From Bacteriovoracia bacterium (GTDB lineage Bacteria > Bdellovibrionota > UBA1018 > CAIPTA01): DNA of 64,000 nt. Positions within the stretch are counted from its first letter, which is position 1. The number at the start of each line of letters is the position of its first letter. Shown piece after piece: positions 40,845 through 50,254 of the stretch. Made by a program: the position numbers and the translations under genes. The stretch spans positions 256,001 through 320,000 of the forward strand of contig JBFWVL010000001.1 in the NCBI GenBank assembly GCA_050246755.1, written 5' to 3'. The notes beneath the pieces were generated by a model. That model saw nothing but the letters and a program-made list of their open reading frames with translations, made no database searches and was not told where the DNA came from.

Positions 40845-42253
40845 GTGCGCCTCCAAGGGAGAAAGGCGGTTACCGAGCGAAACCCGGCGTGGCGCCAAAG
40901 CGTCGTTTCTTCTTCGGTAAAGGGAGAGAACGGTGTGAATCCCCGGTAGAAGAGCCCCGCCCGATATGCGGCGAGCAAGCAGAAGAGGCACATAGATAAA
41001 CAAAATACATTAAATGACCACACCACGCCCTGAAGCCCAAACCAGCGCGGAAGTAGCAGCACCGTGGGTACGTAGACGGCGAGCGAGCACAGATGAGCCG
41101 CCACCACCCGGGCATATTCGCGCATGCCGAAAAGCGCGTTCACCAGCGAAGTTTGGAGCCAGAAGGCCCAGACGCCCGGCACAAAATAAGGCAGCAGCTG
41201 GAGGGCGGGCCTAAACTTAGGCACCACCGGCGAAAGCGCGAAGGTGAGCGTGAAAAGAAGGAGCGCCACGAGAATCACTCCATAACGGTAAATACCTTTG
41301 CTGACGGCGCCGAGGATCAAACGAAGGCGTTGCGGGCTATCACGGCCGATACGCTGGAGATCCGGAAAAAGCGCGAAGGAAATTGCCGACGCAAACACAA
41401 TCGGGACGGCGGTGAGGCGCACCGCGAGCGCATACTGGCCCCCCTGTTCATAGCCGAGCACGGAGGAAACCACGATCTGATCAAGGCGCTGCCAGATCAC
41501 GATCGTCCCGAACGTGATGCAATAAGGCCAGGCGTCGGCGGCAAGCGCGATCCAGGCTTCGTCGCCCCACGGGCCGCGGCGCAAAGTGCGATCGAGCCGG
41601 CGCGTGGTGCCGAGCCGGTGCCGGCGCGCGGATTCAAAAAGAAAAAATCCGTAGATCACGGAGCCCGAAAGAAAACCGCCCACGGACTGCGAAAGCAAAA
41701 CCCAGCCCAGCTCCGCTCCCCGCGAAGCCAGCCAAAGTGGCAGCACCACGGTGATCAAAACTCCGCCGATTTGCGCCAACACGGCGAGGGTTTGCTGGCG
41801 CAGAAAGCTCGCGTAGGCGATTGCCGTCTGCAAAAAAGCGGCGGCAAAAAGAAAGGGGCAAAAGGCTACGCGCTGCCAGAGCTCTTGCTCGCTCCAGTGA
41901 TTATTCAGCATCCCGATCGAAAGAATCACCACGCAGCCGATGCAGGCGCCCGTTAGCCGCAGCGTCAGTACACGGAAAAGCAAATCGCGCGCACGGAAAC
42001 GTTGGCGCACCTGCTCTGACTTGGTTCCCTCCGCGCGCGTCAGCGCACTGATTAAGCTCTGCGATAAGCCCAAATCCACGAGCCAACCCCACACGAGAAC
42101 TTGTGCCTGGATGGTCATCAGAGAACCGAAATTTTCCGGTCCGTAGATGCGCGCGTACCCCAGCATCAAAACGAGATTTAACCCGGTAAGAGTAAGGGCG
42201 CCGAAGGATTGGAAAAAAGAATTTTTGATCACTCTTTTCACCGATTTTGACAT
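40841..42253 (-). CDS. Oligosaccharide flippase (Wzx-like), copy 2
   Basis: RVIKNS; ENFG; LVDLGL; WPY...IWQRLDQI; GGQYALA.RL; ALFPD.QR; clear paralog of 36238..37593. Confidence 0.8.
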   Translation of the reverse strand: MSKSVKRVIKNSFFQSFGALTLTGLNLVLMLGYARIYGPENFGSLMTIQAQVLVWGWLVDLGLSQSLISALTRAEGTKSEQVRQRFRARDLLFRVLTLRLTGACIGCVVILSIGMLNNHWSEQELWQRVAFCPFLFAAAFLQTAIAYASFLRQQTLAVLAQIGGVLITVVLPLWLASRGAELGWVLLSQSVGGFLSGSVIYGFFLFESARRHRLGTTRRLDRTLRRGPWGDEAWIALAADAWPYCITFGTIVIWQRLDQIVVSSVLGYEQGGQYALAVRLTAVPIVFASAISFALFPDLQRIGRDSPQRLRLILGAVSKGIYRYGVILVALLLFTLTFALSPVVPKFRPALQLLPYFVPGVWAFWLQTSLVNALFGMREYARVVAAHLCSLAVYVPTVLLLPRWFGLQGVVWSFNVFCLSMCLFCLLAAYRAGLFYRGFTPFSPFTEEETTLWRHAGFRSVTAFLPWRRT

Positions 42254-42307
42254 AAAATTACCCTAACACGATTGACCATTCCCCAGACCGAAGAAAAAGG
42301 AGTTTCT

Positions 42308-43156
42308 ATGTCTAAGAAGTTTTCTCAGCTGCGATGGATTGCAGCATTGGCCCTCGCGATCACCCCCGGAATCGCCTCCGCGGATACCTTCAACCTGAAC
42401 AACCTCACCGCGGGCGATTTCGATAAAATCGTGAAAGAGTTTTCCTCGAACTTTTCTTACTCCTCCCTCACTCCCGCCTCTAGCCTCGGCGGCTTGGGCG
42501 GCTTTGAAGTGGGCGTGATCGGCGGGAAAACTAAATCTCCTGAGCTCCTGAATCTCGTGAAAACGGCCAGCACCAGCGCTAGCTTTAAAGGAGATCTCTA
42601 CCACGGAGGAATCCTCGGCCGCGTGGGACTGCCATTCAATCTAACCGCCGAGCTTCTTCTGTTCCCCAAGAAAAAATTCAAAGATGCTTCGTTCCAGGAA
42701 GCCGGCGGAGCCGTGATGTGGACCCCTACCGACGAATTGCTCAGCTACCTTCCGGTGAATCTTTCGGCTAAAGCTCACTTGCTGAAGACCAAAGTTTCCT
42801 ACAGCCAGAGCGTGACCATTACCGCTCCGACTCCCGGCACGGGCACCGCGAAAGTAAATTTCGACGATACCCTCTACGGGCTTCAGGCCCTCGTTTCCAA
42901 GAAGTTCTTGGTATTCGAGCCATACGCGGGAATTGGTTATATCAAGTCCAAGGGGGAGCTCTCCGTGGATGCGAACGGAACCACCACTCTCTTCTCGGGA
43001 AACTTCGCCTCGAACAACCGCGCCGAGAGCACTCCCACCACCATCCAACTCCTAGCCGGCCTAGATGTTCGCTTAGCGTTTCTTTCGCTAGGTGCCGAAT
43101 ATCAAAAGGCTTTTGGAACTAGCAGCGTATCGGGACGCCTCTCGTTCCGCTTCTAA
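42308..43156 (+). CDS. Putative outer-membrane beta-barrel protein
   Basis: AGGAG RBS; signal peptide ending ASA; alternating beta strands (FEPYAGIGY, LSLGAEY); C-terminal LSFRF. Confidence 0.65.
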   Translation: MSKKFSQLRWIAALALAITPGIASADTFNLNNLTAGDFDKIVKEFSSNFSYSSLTPASSLGGLGGFEVGVIGGKTKSPELLNLVKTASTSASFKGDLYHGGILGRVGLPFNLTAELLLFPKKKFKDASFQEAGGAVMWTPTDELLSYLPVNLSAKAHLLKTKVSYSQSVTITAPTPGTGTAKVNFDDTLYGLQALVSKKFLVFEPYAGIGYIKSKGELSVDANGTTTLFSGNFASNNRAESTPTTIQLLAGLDVRLAFLSLGAEYQKAFGTSSVSGRLSFRF

Positions 43157-43207
43157 GCTTCCTTTTTTAACGCATATAGTCTATATCAGCGCTCGGGGAG
43201 ATTTCTC

Positions 43208-44284
43208 ATGAAATACCGAGCGCTTTTTTTATTCCTTGTTGCGGCACTAGTTTCCAGCCAGGCCCACGCGGCGAGCGGCGAGTTCTGCGTGCAAACCTTC
43301 AACGTGTACGCCACCGCCTACGCCGGCGGAAAAGCAGCCCGCCTCTCCAAGATCGCCGATTCCCTCACCAACGAACCCTGCGATTCCATTCAATTCCAAG
43401 AGCTCTGGCAAGCCGGGGATTACCGCCGCTTTTCCACAGATTTCTCCCGCGCGCAAATGAGCCTCGTGCAAGCTGATTCGCTTCGCACCGACAAGGCGAT
43501 GATCGGCCTGGTCTCGGCATTTCGCGGCACTACTGCCCGCTCCTATTCGGAAATCTATCTCATCAATAACGAAGATGGAGTGCTCGACTGGTTCCGCGGC
43601 CTCACGGGCGTGCAAAAAGGCCTGAGCGCGATTGAAGCTAAGCTCACGCAAGGACCTACCCTCCTTTTCTTAAATACGCACACGCATCCCACTAACGAAG
43701 CCATCCGCGCGGCCCAGATGATCCAGCTCATCACCCATAACTTAATCCAGTCCCCAAACGCCGCTAATCTTCCCGTGGTCTTCACCGCCGACCTCAACGC
43801 CACTCCAGACAGCCTGGAAATCAGCCTTCTCAAGAACGTGCTGTTGCTCCGCGATGCCTACCTCGACACTCACGAAAACTACGGAGATCTCTGCACCTAC
43901 TGCGAATCCAACCCGCTTTCCTGGGGCGGCGGCGACCGCGTGATCGACTTCACCCTCTTCCGCTCTTCACCCACCGTGACTCTGCGTGCGCTGAAATCCG
44001 AAATTAATTTGAAGGGCAGCGCCGAAGCGCCGCTCAGCGACCACTACGGAGTGCGCAGCCAATTGGCATTCAGCGAGCATGACTCCATTTTGCTGCCGGC
44101 CGATTCGGCGCTCGTGCTCGATCGTAAAGCGGCCGCGATTAAAGCGCTCGTGGCGGCCCGTGAGGTGCTCGTGAAGGCGCAGAAACCAGTCTTCGAGACT
44201 GCGATCACTCAGGTAGATTCTTTGCTCGAAAAATTCCGCACGCGCTTGCCGGAAAGCGCGGAAATGATTTTCCGCACCCCTTAG
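43208..44284 (+). CDS. Secreted endonuclease/exonuclease/phosphatase family enzyme (neutral sphingomyelinase-like)
   Basis: Signal peptide AHA; TFNV; FQELW; KG; NTH; ADLNA; VIDF; LSDHYGV. Confidence 0.8.
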   Translation: MKYRALFLFLVAALVSSQAHAASGEFCVQTFNVYATAYAGGKAARLSKIADSLTNEPCDSIQFQELWQAGDYRRFSTDFSRAQMSLVQADSLRTDKAMIGLVSAFRGTTARSYSEIYLINNEDGVLDWFRGLTGVQKGLSAIEAKLTQGPTLLFLNTHTHPTNEAIRAAQMIQLITHNLIQSPNAANLPVVFTADLNATPDSLEISLLKNVLLLRDAYLDTHENYGDLCTYCESNPLSWGGGDRVIDFTLFRSSPTVTLRALKSEINLKGSAEAPLSDHYGVRSQLAFSEHDSILLPADSALVLDRKAAAIKALVAAREVLVKAQKPVFETAITQVDSLLEKFRTRLPESAEMIFRTP

Positions 44285-46458
44285 GGCAGATTCACGATGC
44301 GCCGTTTATCGCCTACCACCCAGAGAAGGTCTCCGGCCTCGAGCACCAAAGAAGAATCCGGATTAAGAATGCGCTTTCCTCCGCGCTCGATTCCCACGAT
44401 CAGCCCCTGAATCTTTTCCCGCAGCCCACAATCGCGGATGGTCTTATTGGTGAAGGGTGAAGTGGCCGGCAGAATCATTTTCTCCAGCCCGTAAGGGCCC
44501 ACCTTTTCGGACTCATCGGGGCTCGTCTCCACTACCGCCCGGAGATTGGCCAGCTGCTCATCGGTGCCGATCACGAAAATGCGGTCGTGAGGCAGTAAGA
44601 TATCGTTACGCCCCGGGGCCAGGATCGAACGATTGCCCCGTTGGATCATGCCGAGGGTCACGCCAAAAGTTTCGCGCATTTTAACGTGTTCGAGGGTTTT
44701 CGCTACGAGCTCGGAATTGGGCGCCACCACGAATTCGGCGAGCACTGCGTCCCAGGGCGCCAACACGGGCCGTTCGGGTTCATCGCTTTGCCGCAAGTTC
44801 GCCATGAAGCGGTCTTCCACGGCACCATAGAGCCCCTTGGCGAACCTTCGCCATAGTAAAAGCGCCACGAAGGACACGACCGTAATACCCGCCACCTGCG
44901 CCGGGCGATGAACGAAGCGGCTCACGCTGAACACGATCAACCCGAGGCCGATCAGCACGCGCAGCACATAAAGCCCACCGCCAATGCCCTTGAGCCTCTC
45001 CGAATCGCTCGCTCGCGCTGGCCGCCCCAAGATAACCGCCCAGAGGAAGGGGGCCGACACTAAGAGGACGATGAAGGCCACCAAAACCGGAACCCAGGCG
45101 CGCGCGTCGGCCGCGGCCTCCCGCGAGAATAACTCCGATGCGCCGAGCGCGATCGCCAGCACCACCACGGAATTAAGGAATAATTTTATGCCGTAATTTT
45201 TCCAGAGCAGGCCGAAGAGGCTTTCGCTATCGCGGGCCATCGAGCTTTGGTAGCGTAATAATCCCAATTTAAATCTCTCCGGAAGCCAGGCGGTGATACG
45301 CTCGGCGGCGGGCCCGGAAAACTTAATCAAGTAAGGCGTGGTAAATGTAGTAAGCGCCGAAACGGAAACGGCGATGGGATAAAGAAAATCCCCCGTTACT
45401 TTTAGGGAAAGCCCAAGAGTGGCGATGATGAACGAAAACTCCCCGATTTGCGCCAAGCTCATGCCCGCCTGCACCGAGGTTTTCAGCGGCTCTCCCGAGA
45501 GCAGCGCCCCGGCGGCCGTGCTGAATAGCTTGCCGACAATCGTAACGAAGGAAAGCAAAAGAATGGTGCCGAAATACTCGGACAGGACCGCGGGATCGAT
45601 CAGCATCCCCACCGAAACGAAAAAAACCGCGCCGAATAAATCCCGCACGGGGGAAAGCAGGTGCTCGATTCTCTTCACCTCGGAAGTCTCCGCCAGGATC
45701 GAACCCATTACGAAAGCACCGAGCGCGGGAGAGAAACCCGCCTCGGTAGCGAGCAGTACCATGGAAAGACAAAGGCCGAGCGAAACGATGAGCGTGGTTT
45801 CATCGGAGAGATGACGCCGGATTTTGGTGATGAAGATCGGCACGGCGTAGATTCCCACCACGAACCAAACGGCGAGGAAAAACCCTAACCTCAACCCAGA
45901 AAGCGCGAGGGCCGTTCCGGAAAGAGATTTCGTGACCGCGATGGTGGAGAGCAACACGAGCAAGAGGATGGCCACGAGATCTTCCACGATGAGCACGCCG
46001 AACACGAGCGAAACGAAACGCCGCCCCCGCAACCCCAGCTCGCTAAACGCCCGCACGATGATGGTGGTGGAAGATACGGAAAGGATTCCCCCGAGAAAGA
46101 GGCTGTCCATTTCGGAAAAACCCAAGGCCCGCCCGGTAGCGAAGCCGAGCGCGAGCATGAATACCACCTCGAACACGGCGGTAATCGAGGCGCTGCGGCC
46201 CACTTGCGCGAGCTTCTTGAAGCTGAATTCCAATCCGAGGCCGAAGAGCAGAAAGATCACGCCGATTTCCGCCCATACCTTCACGCTCTCCGTATCGCTC
46301 ACGGTGGGCAGGAACGGAACGTGAGGGCTCACCAAAAAACCGGCAATGAGGTAGCCAAGCACGACTGGCTGCCGCAGGAATTTGCATACCAACGTGACCA
46401 ACCCAGCTACGGCCAGGATGAAGCAAAGGTCCTTGATAATCTCCGGGAGATGAATCAC
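44281..46458 (-). CDS. CPA2 cation:proton antiporter with two TrkA-C (RCK_C) domains
   Basis: QPVVLGYL.AG; AEIGVIFLLF.LGLEFS; SSTTII; LIVEDL; LGAFVMG; AQIGEFSFI; two C-terminal RCK_C repeats. Confidence 0.9.
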   Translation of the reverse strand: MIHLPEIIKDLCFILAVAGLVTLVCKFLRQPVVLGYLIAGFLVSPHVPFLPTVSDTESVKVWAEIGVIFLLFGLGLEFSFKKLAQVGRSASITAVFEVVFMLALGFATGRALGFSEMDSLFLGGILSVSSTTIIVRAFSELGLRGRRFVSLVFGVLIVEDLVAILLLVLLSTIAVTKSLSGTALALSGLRLGFFLAVWFVVGIYAVPIFITKIRRHLSDETTLIVSLGLCLSMVLLATEAGFSPALGAFVMGSILAETSEVKRIEHLLSPVRDLFGAVFFVSVGMLIDPAVLSEYFGTILLLSFVTIVGKLFSTAAGALLSGEPLKTSVQAGMSLAQIGEFSFIIATLGLSLKVTGDFLYPIAVSVSALTTFTTPYLIKFSGPAAERITAWLPERFKLGLLRYQSSMARDSESLFGLLWKNYGIKLFLNSVVVLAIALGASELFSREAAADARAWVPVLVAFIVLLVSAPFLWAVILGRPARASDSERLKGIGGGLYVLRVLIGLGLIVFSVSRFVHRPAQVAGITVVSFVALLLWRRFAKGLYGAVEDRFMANLRQSDEPERPVLAPWDAVLAEFVVAPNSELVAKTLEHVKMRETFGVTLGMIQRGNRSILAPGRNDILLPHDRIFVIGTDEQLANLRAVVETSPDESEKVGPYGLEKMILPATSPFTNKTIRDCGLREKIQGLIVGIERGGKRILNPDSSLVLEAGDLLWVVGDKRRIVNLP

Positions 46459-47396
46459 GTTTTACTCATCTTTTTCCTTGCGTCGGCGAAGGCTTCCCGC
46501 AGCGAATAGATTTTCACTCCGTGGGAGCGCGCCACTTCGGGAGTGAGCCCCGCCGTGAGTGGACGCCGCGCCACTTGCCCCAGCTCTTTTGTCTTCAGAA
46601 ACTGGAATCCTACCAGGCTCTTTTCCCGGTCGAAGCCGAACTCTTCGATCACGCGCTCCACTAGCTCACGCCGCGAAACCGAATCCGAACCCACGATATT
46701 GATCACGCCACTCACGTCTTTTTCCCGCAGGAGCAGGCAGCCCTCGCCTAGCGAACTCGCGTAGGTGGGGGTGGAAATTTGGTCTTCGGGAATCTTGAAA
46801 ACATTCGTTTTCCCTTCGCGAATTCCCTCGAGGTGCCGGATATACTGCATGAGGAAATTCATCCCGGCGGGGTCCCAGCAGAATACCATGGTGGTGCGCA
46901 CCACGAGGGCTTTCGGCAGCGCTTGCAGCACCTTCCGCTCGGCTTCGAGCTTGCACTGGCCGTACCAGGAGGTGGGAAATGGCTGATCCAGCTCGGAGAA
47001 AGGCCCGACCTCGCCTCCCTCGTACTCGGCGCCGCCGAAAACATACTCGGTGGAGAAAAAGGTAAGACCATAACCTCGCTTCGCGCATTCCTCCGCCACG
47101 ATGGCGGGGCCGTCACGGTTGATGCGCGCGCAGAGATCACGTTCGGCCTCGCAGCGGTCCACGTGGGTCATCGCGCCCGGAAGAAACACTTCTACCTTCC
47201 CGTCGGGAAATTTCTTTTCCAGCTCCGCAAAAAAATTCCGTATGCTCGCGGCGTCGGCGAGATCAAGCGGGACGGAGCCGGGCTTACCACTCGAGCTCGA
47301 TAGTACCGGAGAAATACCCCGTGCTTTTAGTGCTTCCAAAATGCAGCGGGCCACTTGCCCGCTCGCGCCGATCACGGCCGTATTTTTCAATTTCAT
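46455..47396 (-). CDS. RmlD-like sugar-nucleotide reductase (extended SDR)
   Basis: IGASGQVA; T.VD.CE; FSTEYVFGG; YGQCK; DQ.STPTY. Confidence 0.75.
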   Translation of the reverse strand: MKLKNTAVIGASGQVARCILEALKARGISPVLSSSSGKPGSVPLDLADAASIRNFFAELEKKFPDGKVEVFLPGAMTHVDRCEAERDLCARINRDGPAIVAEECAKRGYGLTFFSTEYVFGGAEYEGGEVGPFSELDQPFPTSWYGQCKLEAERKVLQALPKALVVRTTMVFCWDPAGMNFLMQYIRHLEGIREGKTNVFKIPEDQISTPTYASSLGEGCLLLREKDVSGVINIVGSDSVSRRELVERVIEEFGFDREKSLVGFQFLKTKELGQVARRPLTAGLTPEVARSHGVKIYSLREAFADARKKMSKT

Positions 47397-48022
47397 TTTT
47401 TGTTTACCAGCGAAACCGCCGTCCATAGATTAAACATATTCACCTTTTGCACGCGCTTAACTTTGAGTCCCACGGAATCCAGGAGGGGCTTCATTTCCAA
47501 ATTGGATTTGAATCCCAAAAATCCCTGCGCGAGGGGGTTGAACGCGGTCTCGAAAGCGGCGAGCACGGGATTCTCGCTCTTAAAATGGTTCATGAGCACG
47601 AGCGTTCCGTGCGGCTTGCACACGCGCTTCATCTCGAGCAAAGCTTCTCGCGGAAACGAGGTCGCGCTAATGAATAAATTACCGAGCACGGAGTCAAAAG
47701 AATTATCGGGAAACTCCAGATTGGTCGCGTCCATTTCTTTCACTGTGGCGTTCCGGAGCTTTTTCTTCGCGATCAGTTCTTTGGCCTCTTTTAGCATGGA
47801 AGAAGAAAGATCTACCCCCACCACCTTGCAGTGATGCGGATAAATGGGAAGGGTCAGGCCCGTGCCTACTCCTACCTCCAGCACCTTTGCTCCAGGCTTG
47901 ATCTCCAGAAAATCCACGGCCGCCTCGCGGCCTTCCTGAAAAAGCAGTTTTCCGAAAATATAATTATAGAAAGGCCCGAATTTCTCGTAAGCCCGCTCCA
48001 CAATTCTTTGCTGTTTGGCCAT
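47393..48022 (-). CDS. Class I SAM methyltransferase, phospholipid N-methyltransferase (PmtA)-like
   Basis: AY....PFY..IFG; VLEVGVGTGLTLP.Y; VVGVDLS..ML; MDA..L.FPDNSFD; EM.RVCKP.G.LV.MNHF. Confidence 0.65.
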   Translation of the reverse strand: MAKQQRIVERAYEKFGPFYNYIFGKLLFQEGREAAVDFLEIKPGAKVLEVGVGTGLTLPIYPHHCKVVGVDLSSSMLKEAKELIAKKKLRNATVKEMDATNLEFPDNSFDSVLGNLFISATSFPREALLEMKRVCKPHGTLVLMNHFKSENPVLAAFETAFNPLAQGFLGFKSNLEMKPLLDSVGLKVKRVQKVNMFNLWTAVSLVNKK

Positions 48023-48112
48023 AAAACCGCCCTTTAGTAGTCGGGAAACTTTATTGCCCACATCCACGGTGATCAAGTGGAAAGATCTCGCCTTTTGGGG
48101 CAGACTCTTTCC

Positions 48113-49849
48113 ATGCTTTTGGCACTCTTTTTTCTTCTAACACAGAGCGCAGTTGCCGCAGAATGCCAGCCACTCTCCGCCACTGCCGACGCGCGCCTCT
48201 ACCAATGCGAAAGCCTGCACGTTCTCTACCTGAAGGGTAATCCTCTCACGCGGGCCGCCGCACTTGGCACGTTGGTGAAATCGGGCGCTCTTTCTCCCGA
48301 CGTACTAAATTATTTTTCCGGAAAAGTAACCGATACGCTGCGCCACCAGAGTGGTTTTCTCGCGGCCGTGGCGGAGCCTTTTTATAATCAAATTGTGCGC
48401 CTCCTTCACCGGGAAACGCCTCCCGGAATTTCCGAGGAAATCGACAGCATGGCTCAGGGAATGGGCATCGAGCCCATCGACCTGAAGCGCGCGATCAGCT
48501 TGCCCGACGTGGCCGCCCTTACCAACGTGGTGGGCAGTATTCCTCTCTTCCGTCCTTTACCCGCCGCGGGCTGCACCAGCGTGGCCTGGAAAAGCGCCGA
48601 GGGTGGCCTCTTCTACGGGCGCAATTTGGATTTCGCGAGCACCGGCGTTTGGGATCGCCACCCCATGCTCACGGTGATTCTCCCCGAAAGCGATGCCGAG
48701 CAAAAGCATATCGTGTTTGGGGCCGATGGCCTGATTTACGGGGGAATCACGGGCGTGAACGAATCCGGCATTGGATTCGCCGTTCACCAGAATTATACGA
48801 GTGCCGGCGGCCTGCGGGGCGTGCCCATGGTTTTCATCGGGGAGCTCGTGCTGCGGCAAGCGAAAAGCATCGAGCAAGCACTAAACATCCTGAAGGCGAA
48901 CCGCCCCCCCGTGCTTTGGACCTTCGTGCTCACCAACTTCGCTACCGGCGAAGCCGTTGCCGTAGAATCCTCTCCCACCCGCTTCGCCGTGCGCGGCATG
49001 GAAGCCAATTCGCTGGTGCAGACCAACCACGTGATGGACGCAGAGGCGAAGACCGACGAGTTTATTTCGCTGGGCATTAAAATGAATTCTATTTATCGAA
49101 TGAAGCGCGCTTTCGAGCTGCTCGAGGCCAAACCTCGGAACGAAAGCCCCGCCGTCACGATCGCCGGCATCCTCGCCTACCAGGAAAATCCCGAGGGAAG
49201 GATCACCGCCTACCACGATGTGCTCAAGGCCCATACCATCCAAACCATTCTCCTCGAATCGGTTCCGGGCCAGGCGCGCCGCGCCTACGTGAGCATCGAC
49301 CCCGCGCCCACCGCCGGCGGCCGGATGGCGGCGTTCACCCTCGAAAATTTATGGAACGAGCAGATCCCTCCGGCGTTCGAGCTCGTGGATTTCGTAAAAA
49401 CCCCGCCCGAAAAACGTGCCCGCCAGCGGCAGATCTCGGACGCCTTCGCCCTTTATTTCGATAAGCTCGCGCTCAGCGAAGCATCGGCCCTGCTCACCGG
49501 CCACGATACCCTCGACTCGGCCTACTTCACCGCCGTCACGCTCACGCAGCGCGGCCTCTGGCAGGAAAGCCTTCTCACTGCCGAACAGGCCTTGCAGAAT
49601 CCCCGCTTCCTCGGAGAGCCCGCCTATATCCGCCAGAACCTCGCCTGGATTCGCGCCGCCGCGCTCTTGGAGCTAGGCCGAAAAAAGGAAGCGGTGGCCG
49701 CCGCCGAATCCATCCTGGCCGAGAAACCGGAAAACGTGCGGCTCCGCGATTTTTCTGATCAACTCAGCCGAGGGCAAACTCCGCCAAAATACATGCGTCG
49801 TTTTTCCTTCGACTTTTTCTCGGGAGACCTACATGGAAGGGCAAATTAG
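48113..49849 (+). CDS. Secreted C45/Ntn-hydrolase family acyltransferase/amidase with a C-terminal TPR-like region
   Basis: Signal peptide; EEI..MA.G; autoprocessing G-CTS; YGRNLDF; ITGVNESG; QTNH; S.YR. Confidence 0.78.
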   Translation: MLLALFFLLTQSAVAAECQPLSATADARLYQCESLHVLYLKGNPLTRAAALGTLVKSGALSPDVLNYFSGKVTDTLRHQSGFLAAVAEPFYNQIVRLLHRETPPGISEEIDSMAQGMGIEPIDLKRAISLPDVAALTNVVGSIPLFRPLPAAGCTSVAWKSAEGGLFYGRNLDFASTGVWDRHPMLTVILPESDAEQKHIVFGADGLIYGGITGVNESGIGFAVHQNYTSAGGLRGVPMVFIGELVLRQAKSIEQALNILKANRPPVLWTFVLTNFATGEAVAVESSPTRFAVRGMEANSLVQTNHVMDAEAKTDEFISLGIKMNSIYRMKRAFELLEAKPRNESPAVTIAGILAYQENPEGRITAYHDVLKAHTIQTILLESVPGQARRAYVSIDPAPTAGGRMAAFTLENLWNEQIPPAFELVDFVKTPPEKRARQRQISDAFALYFDKLALSEASALLTGHDTLDSAYFTAVTLTQRGLWQESLLTAEQALQNPRFLGEPAYIRQNLAWIRAAALLELGRKKEAVAAAESILAEKPENVRLRDFSDQLSRGQTPPKYMRRFSFDFFSGDLHGRAN

Positions 49850-50204
49850 TTCTGGCAGTGGAAAAGTCTCCACCGCAAATTTCCAGCTCAAGCACCTCAG
49901 CACTACCGAGAAAAGGCGTCTTGCCTTTAAAGCTCTCGGCTTCTTCTGGATTCTTTCTCTCGCCTCGGCGCCCCTTCCGCCCATCCACTGGGTGACGGTC
50001 CCCTTTTTCTTTTTCTTCGGCATTTACCAATTTTTCAAAAAAATGCGGGAGCCTACCCACCTCGAAGCCTTTACCGCCAAGTGCCCCGAATGCCTCCAGG
50101 AAGTTGCGATTAAGTCGCAAGTAGCCGAAAACCCTCTGTCTTTTGCCTGCCCCCATTGCCGCTACGGTTTACGCCTGGAATGGGACGAGCCAAAGGCCAT
50201 TTAA
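49833..50204 (+). CDS. Hypothetical membrane protein with a C-terminal zinc ribbon
   Basis: Two hydrophobic segments around P.PPIH; CPEC...CPHC. Confidence 0.65.
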   Translation: MEGQISSGSGKVSTANFQLKHLSTTEKRRLAFKALGFFWILSLASAPLPPIHWVTVPFFFFFGIYQFFKKMREPTHLEAFTAKCPECLQEVAIKSQVAENPLSFACPHCRYGLRLEWDEPKAI

Positions 50205-50254
50205 ATTTTCGGCACGTAGATTACCGCACCCCGCCGTGATAGGGTGCGCGCACA

